From Wolbachia endosymbiont of Drosophila innubila (GTDB lineage Bacteria; Pseudomonadota; Alphaproteobacteria; Rickettsiales; Anaplasmataceae), in NCBI RefSeq assembly GCF_021378375.1, contig NZ_CP076228.1:780001-812000 (forward strand): a stretch of DNA of 32,000 nucleotides. Direction: 5' to 3'. Position numbers and translations under genes: made by a program. The notes beneath the pieces were generated by a model. That model was not told where the DNA came from. It ran no database searches and was given only the letters and a program-made list of their open reading frames with translations. Below, piece after piece: positions 29,262 through 32,000 of this stretch (position 1 is the first letter of the stretch; each line of letters starts with the position of its first letter).

Positions 29262-29697
29262 ACAGCAGATTCCGCTAACAAGCAGCGGGATAACGAATTA
29301 CTTAACCGTCATTACACCGTCATACCGCGATTCATTCGCGGTATCTCGCTAACAAGCAGCGGACCGTCATACTGCCGCGGCGCTAACAAGCAGCGGGATG
29401 ACGGTTGTCAGGCCAGCGCCCCCATGATGTCATTCAAGTAGCTGACACTGGTTCCTTTATGACGGCAGTGCCCCTATGGTGTCATCCCAGCGTTCCTATG
29501 ATGTCATCCCAGTGCCCAGACACTGGGATCCAGGAATTTTGATTGGACACTGGGTTGGTAAGCATAAAAGTGTTATGTAAAATACAACATTCTTGATGGG
29601 ATTGTGTGAAATGCTGGATCCCAGTGTCTGGGCACTGGGATGACACCATAGGAGGCTGCTTGGATGACAAAAAAAGGAGCACTGGAATGACAGCAAT
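29262..29697. repeat. Pile of nested short palindromic repeats (GCTAACAAGCAGCGGGATGAC / CGTCATACCGCGATTCATTCGCGGTAT hairpins plus a WPE-like copy at 29478-29647 with extra half-arms)
   Basis: There are several copies of two hairpin motifs at 29270-29410. These are followed by GGTGTCATCCCAG...CTGGGCACTGGGATGACACC and flanking half-sites. Confidence 0.8.
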
Positions 29698-30254
29698 CTA
29701 CGTCATACCGCGATTCATTCGCGGTATCTCAGCCGCTAACAAGAGATCCCGCTAACAAGCAGCGGGATGACGATTGTCGTTTAGCCATAAATATTAAGAA
29801 ATTTACCAAATGAAAAAAAAGGCAAAAGAAGCCCTGGGGTTATTATCCGCTTTAAAATATTGGCGTTTTTTATGTTTTAAACGCTTGACAAGCAAGATTA
29901 AGCTGCTTTTAATTGCAACTAACTTACGCTGCAAATGTTTAAGAAGTTTACTAAGCAGAAAAAAAGACAAAGAATCCCCGAGTTAGCTAGTCTTTTACTA
30001 TCTCTGTCGAGTATTGGCATTTTTTGATGTCTTGTAACGCTTTATAAGCGCGTTCAGCTTATTTAGATAAAAATCTAGATGTAGATGAAGTTTTGTAAAG
30101 ACATACAGTATCTATATACTGCAAAAAATTGAACATGAGACGCCGATACATTAAGTAATCCTTACCTTTTAATCTGCAGATTGGCGAAAGCAAATACAAT
30201 AGCTTCACTATCATGATAAGGGCGCTGGCGGAGTTTGTCAAGTAAGTTTTTTGT
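29698..30254. repeat. Right copy of the ~557-bp inverted repeat
   Basis: This copy is the reverse complement of 6715-7271. Its outer end faces the divergently transcribed murD. Confidence 0.92.
30213..30241 (-). promoter_or_regulatory. Consensus-like sigma70 promoter inside the right repeat copy
   Basis: On the minus strand this reads TTGACA (30241-30236), a 17-nt spacer, then TATCAT (30218-30213). It is identical to the left copy. Confidence 0.6.
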
Positions 30255-30320
30255 TTCTATTGAATGACAGTTGTAACCTACGAAAGAAGTCTGTTGTAAT
30301 TTGTACGATATCTTTATAAA

Positions 30321-31874
30321 ATGGTTCGCATAAGTTATCTAGCAGTGCAACTAAACAAATACAAAAATCAAAACGTCGCGGTTTTTGGTCTTGGTAAAAC
30401 TGGTTTATCCGCCATTAACGCTCTAACAAAGAGTGGTGCAAGAATATATGCATGGGATGATCATGAAGAGCAAATAGCAAATGCAAAAATGATGTATAAA
30501 AAATGTAATTTTATTCATCCCAAGGAATACAATTGGCATGAGATCAGTGCATTGGTTTTAAGCCCTGGAGTGCCAACAGAGCCACATTGGATAGTAAAAC
30601 TTGCAAGGAGATTTGATTGCAAAATAAAATCAGACATTGAGCTATTTCTTGAAGCTAAAACTACGAACCAGAAGGTAATAGGCGTCACAGGAACAAATGG
30701 TAAATCAACCACTACATCACTAATAGGGCACATATTAAAATCTGCAGGGAAAAAAGTAGCTATTGGTGGAAATTTAGGCATTCCTGTTTTGGATCTAGAA
30801 AGAGATGCAGAAATTTATGTAATCGAACTCTCCTCTTTTCAATTGGAGTTGATGAATGAAATTAACGTGGACATTTCAGCACTGCTCAATATTACACCAG
30901 ATCACATAGATAGGCATGGAAGTATGGAGAACTACATAGCAACTAAATTAAAACTGATAAACGGTAGTGAGGTTGCCGTAATAGGATGTGACAATGAGAT
31001 TACTGCTGATATATTCAACAAATTCACTGGAGACAAAATTCCAATCTCAGTAACATATTCCCCGATGTCATTCCAGCGCGTGACGCTGGAATCCAGAAAA
31101 GAAAAACCATTGCCAACTACTCAGATGACAGAGGGTGGTGCAAGAGATCTAATATCATTGGCAGGTAACAATTTGCTTGATTATAGTGAACAGATTACTG
31201 GTATAGATCGAAATTATCTGGATCCCAGTGTCAGCTACTTGGATGACAAAAGGGGCACTGGGATCCAGAAGATCTCGTTAAAACTAGAGAATCATAGCTT
31301 ATCAGTAAGCGACGTGAAAATAAACCTAATATCCAACGCAGAAAACATAGCAGCCACATATGCCGTATGTAAGGTACTTGGAGTAGATAGCAACACTATT
31401 ATCAATGGAATCAAGTCCTTTTCAGGACTGAGGCATAGGAATGAACTGCTTGGGAAAATAAGAAATGTGTTTTTCGTGAACGATAGCAAAGCAACTAATG
31501 CAAAATCGAGCGAAAAGGCGATCTTATCTTATGAAAACATAAATTGGATCGCTGGTGGAAGAAGCAAAAAAGGTGGAATAGAATCATTAAGCAAGCATTT
31601 TACAAGGGTTAGAAAAGCTTTTCTTATTGGAGAATCAACCGAAGCTTTTGCAAATGTTATGGAGAATAAAGTAGATTATGTTAAATGTTGCAATCTAGAA
31701 GATGCATTCAGATTGGCTTTTGAAGAGGCCTTAAATAGCGCAGAAGAAGTAACAATATTACTTTCTCCCGCGTGTGCTTCTTTTGATCAATGGAAAAATT
31801 TCGAGGAACGTGGTGAAGCATTTTGTAGAATGTTTGAAAATCTCAGGTACAATCACACATGCTGTTTAGTATGA
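30321..31874 (+). CDS. murD: UDP-N-acetylmuramoylalanine--D-glutamate ligase with an in-frame palindromic-element insertion
   Basis: The ORF has an N-terminal Rossmann motif GLGKTG, the P-loop GVTGTNGKSTT and the C-terminal domain motif NDSKATN. At 517 aa it exceeds the typical ~440-450 aa. Confidence 0.9.
   Translation: MVRISYLAVQLNKYKNQNVAVFGLGKTGLSAINALTKSGARIYAWDDHEEQIANAKMMYKKCNFIHPKEYNWHEISALVLSPGVPTEPHWIVKLARRFDCKIKSDIELFLEAKTTNQKVIGVTGTNGKSTTTSLIGHILKSAGKKVAIGGNLGIPVLDLERDAEIYVIELSSFQLELMNEINVDISALLNITPDHIDRHGSMENYIATKLKLINGSEVAVIGCDNEITADIFNKFTGDKIPISVTYSPMSFQRVTLESRKEKPLPTTQMTEGGARDLISLAGNNLLDYSEQITGIDRNYLDPSVSYLDDKRGTGIQKISLKLENHSLSVSDVKINLISNAENIAATYAVCKVLGVDSNTIINGIKSFSGLRHRNELLGKIRNVFFVNDSKATNAKSSEKAILSYENINWIAGGRSKKGGIESLSKHFTRVRKAFLIGESTEAFANVMENKVDYVKCCNLEDAFRLAFEEALNSAEEVTILLSPACASFDQWKNFEERGEAFCRMFENLRYNHTCCLV
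31067..31268. repeat. WPE-like palindromic element inside the murD reading frame (boundaries approximate)
   Basis: GTCATTCCAGCGCGTGACGCTGGAATCCAG ... CTGGATCCCAGTGTCAGCTACTTGGATGACAAAAGGGGCACTGGGATCCAG. It is translated as ...MSFQRVTLESRKEK...NYLDPSVSYLDDKRGTGIQK.... Confidence 0.8.
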
Positions 31875-31880
31875 TGTTGC

Positions 31881-32000
31881 GTGGAACAAAAGTTAATAAT
31901 AGATAAGCTAATTAGGGTTATTCCATTTGAAGGGATAAGCGATGAAACCCTATTAAAGGTGTGCACTGACCTTAATCTAGCTAATAGCTTTTGCAAATTT
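31881..32000 (+). CDS. 5' fragment of an ORF running off the window (possibly a COQ9/RpsU-divergently-transcribed-family protein)
   Basis: The frame is open from the GTG at 31881 to the window end: (M)EQKLIIDKLIRVIPFEGISDETLLKVCTDLNLANSFCKF. The family guess rests only on N-terminal pattern resemblance. Confidence 0.25.
   Translation, partial: MEQKLIIDKLIRVIPFEGISDETLLKVCTDLNLANSFCKF

Noticed and set aside
29482-29696. Two overlapping 66-aa ORFs on the minus strand within the repeat pile.
   Set aside because: Both are translations of palindromic repeat arms (recurring peptides such as VIPVSGHWDD). They overlap each other in different frames, so they are not credible genes.
29262-29697. The possibility that the clustered short palindromic repeats form a CRISPR array.
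   Set aside because: The repeats belong to several different families, occur in mixed orientations, and have irregular spacing with no unique spacers of constant length. No cas genes are in the window.

Overview
This is an AT-rich window from a reduced genome. It looks like a Wolbachia (Anaplasmataceae) chromosome, probably a wMel-like arthropod strain. That identification rests on an IS5-family ISWpi1-like element, an ankyrin-repeat gene, dispersed 'GGTGTCATCCCAGTG...CACTGGGATGACACC' palindromic elements (the Wolbachia palindromic element, WPE, type), and a WalE1-like synuclein-repeat protein next to hflK-hflC-htrA. I could not run any alignment, so it remains an inference.

The core genes are mostly on the minus strand:
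- tRNA-Met/Ile(CAU), purB, and the rpsF-rpsR-rplI operon
- dnaE, gltX, ligA (+), dapA, ssb, tRNA-Arg(CCG)
- a type I secretion (T1SS) ABC ATPase/permease
- lgt, smpB, htrA, hflC, hflK
- cutA (+), tRNA-Gln(UUG) (+), murD (+)

The accessory or degraded content is:
- a small island at 19.3-22.1 kb holding an ankyrin-TM pseudogene, the IS element and a phage terminase remnant
- repeat piles at 17.4-18.1 kb, 27.5-27.8 kb and 29.2-29.7 kb
- orphan ORFs at 28.3-29.2 kb

The observations most worth a second look are:
1. A tightly coupled three-gene envelope operon (12393-15265), downstream of the T1SS ABC gene, whose topology mirrors PilM-N / PilO / PilP or GspL / GspM / GspC. No secretin, pilin or ATPase is present in the window.
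2. Two about 557-bp near-identical inverted repeats (6715-7271 and 29698-30254) bracket a 22.4-kb segment. Each carries a consensus sigma70 promoter and no credible ORF.
3. A 429-bp in-frame insertion in ribosomal protein S6, flanked by an 18-bp direct repeat.
4. A palindromic element sits between a diverged duplicate of the purB 5' end and the real purB start, creating an upstream ORF (uORF) whose stop overlaps the start in ATGA.
5. An in-frame palindromic element lies inside murD.
6. An ankyrin-TM gene is split by a 37-bp tandem duplication and truncated at its 5' end by the IS.

No rRNA genes, CRISPR arrays or intact prophage were seen.
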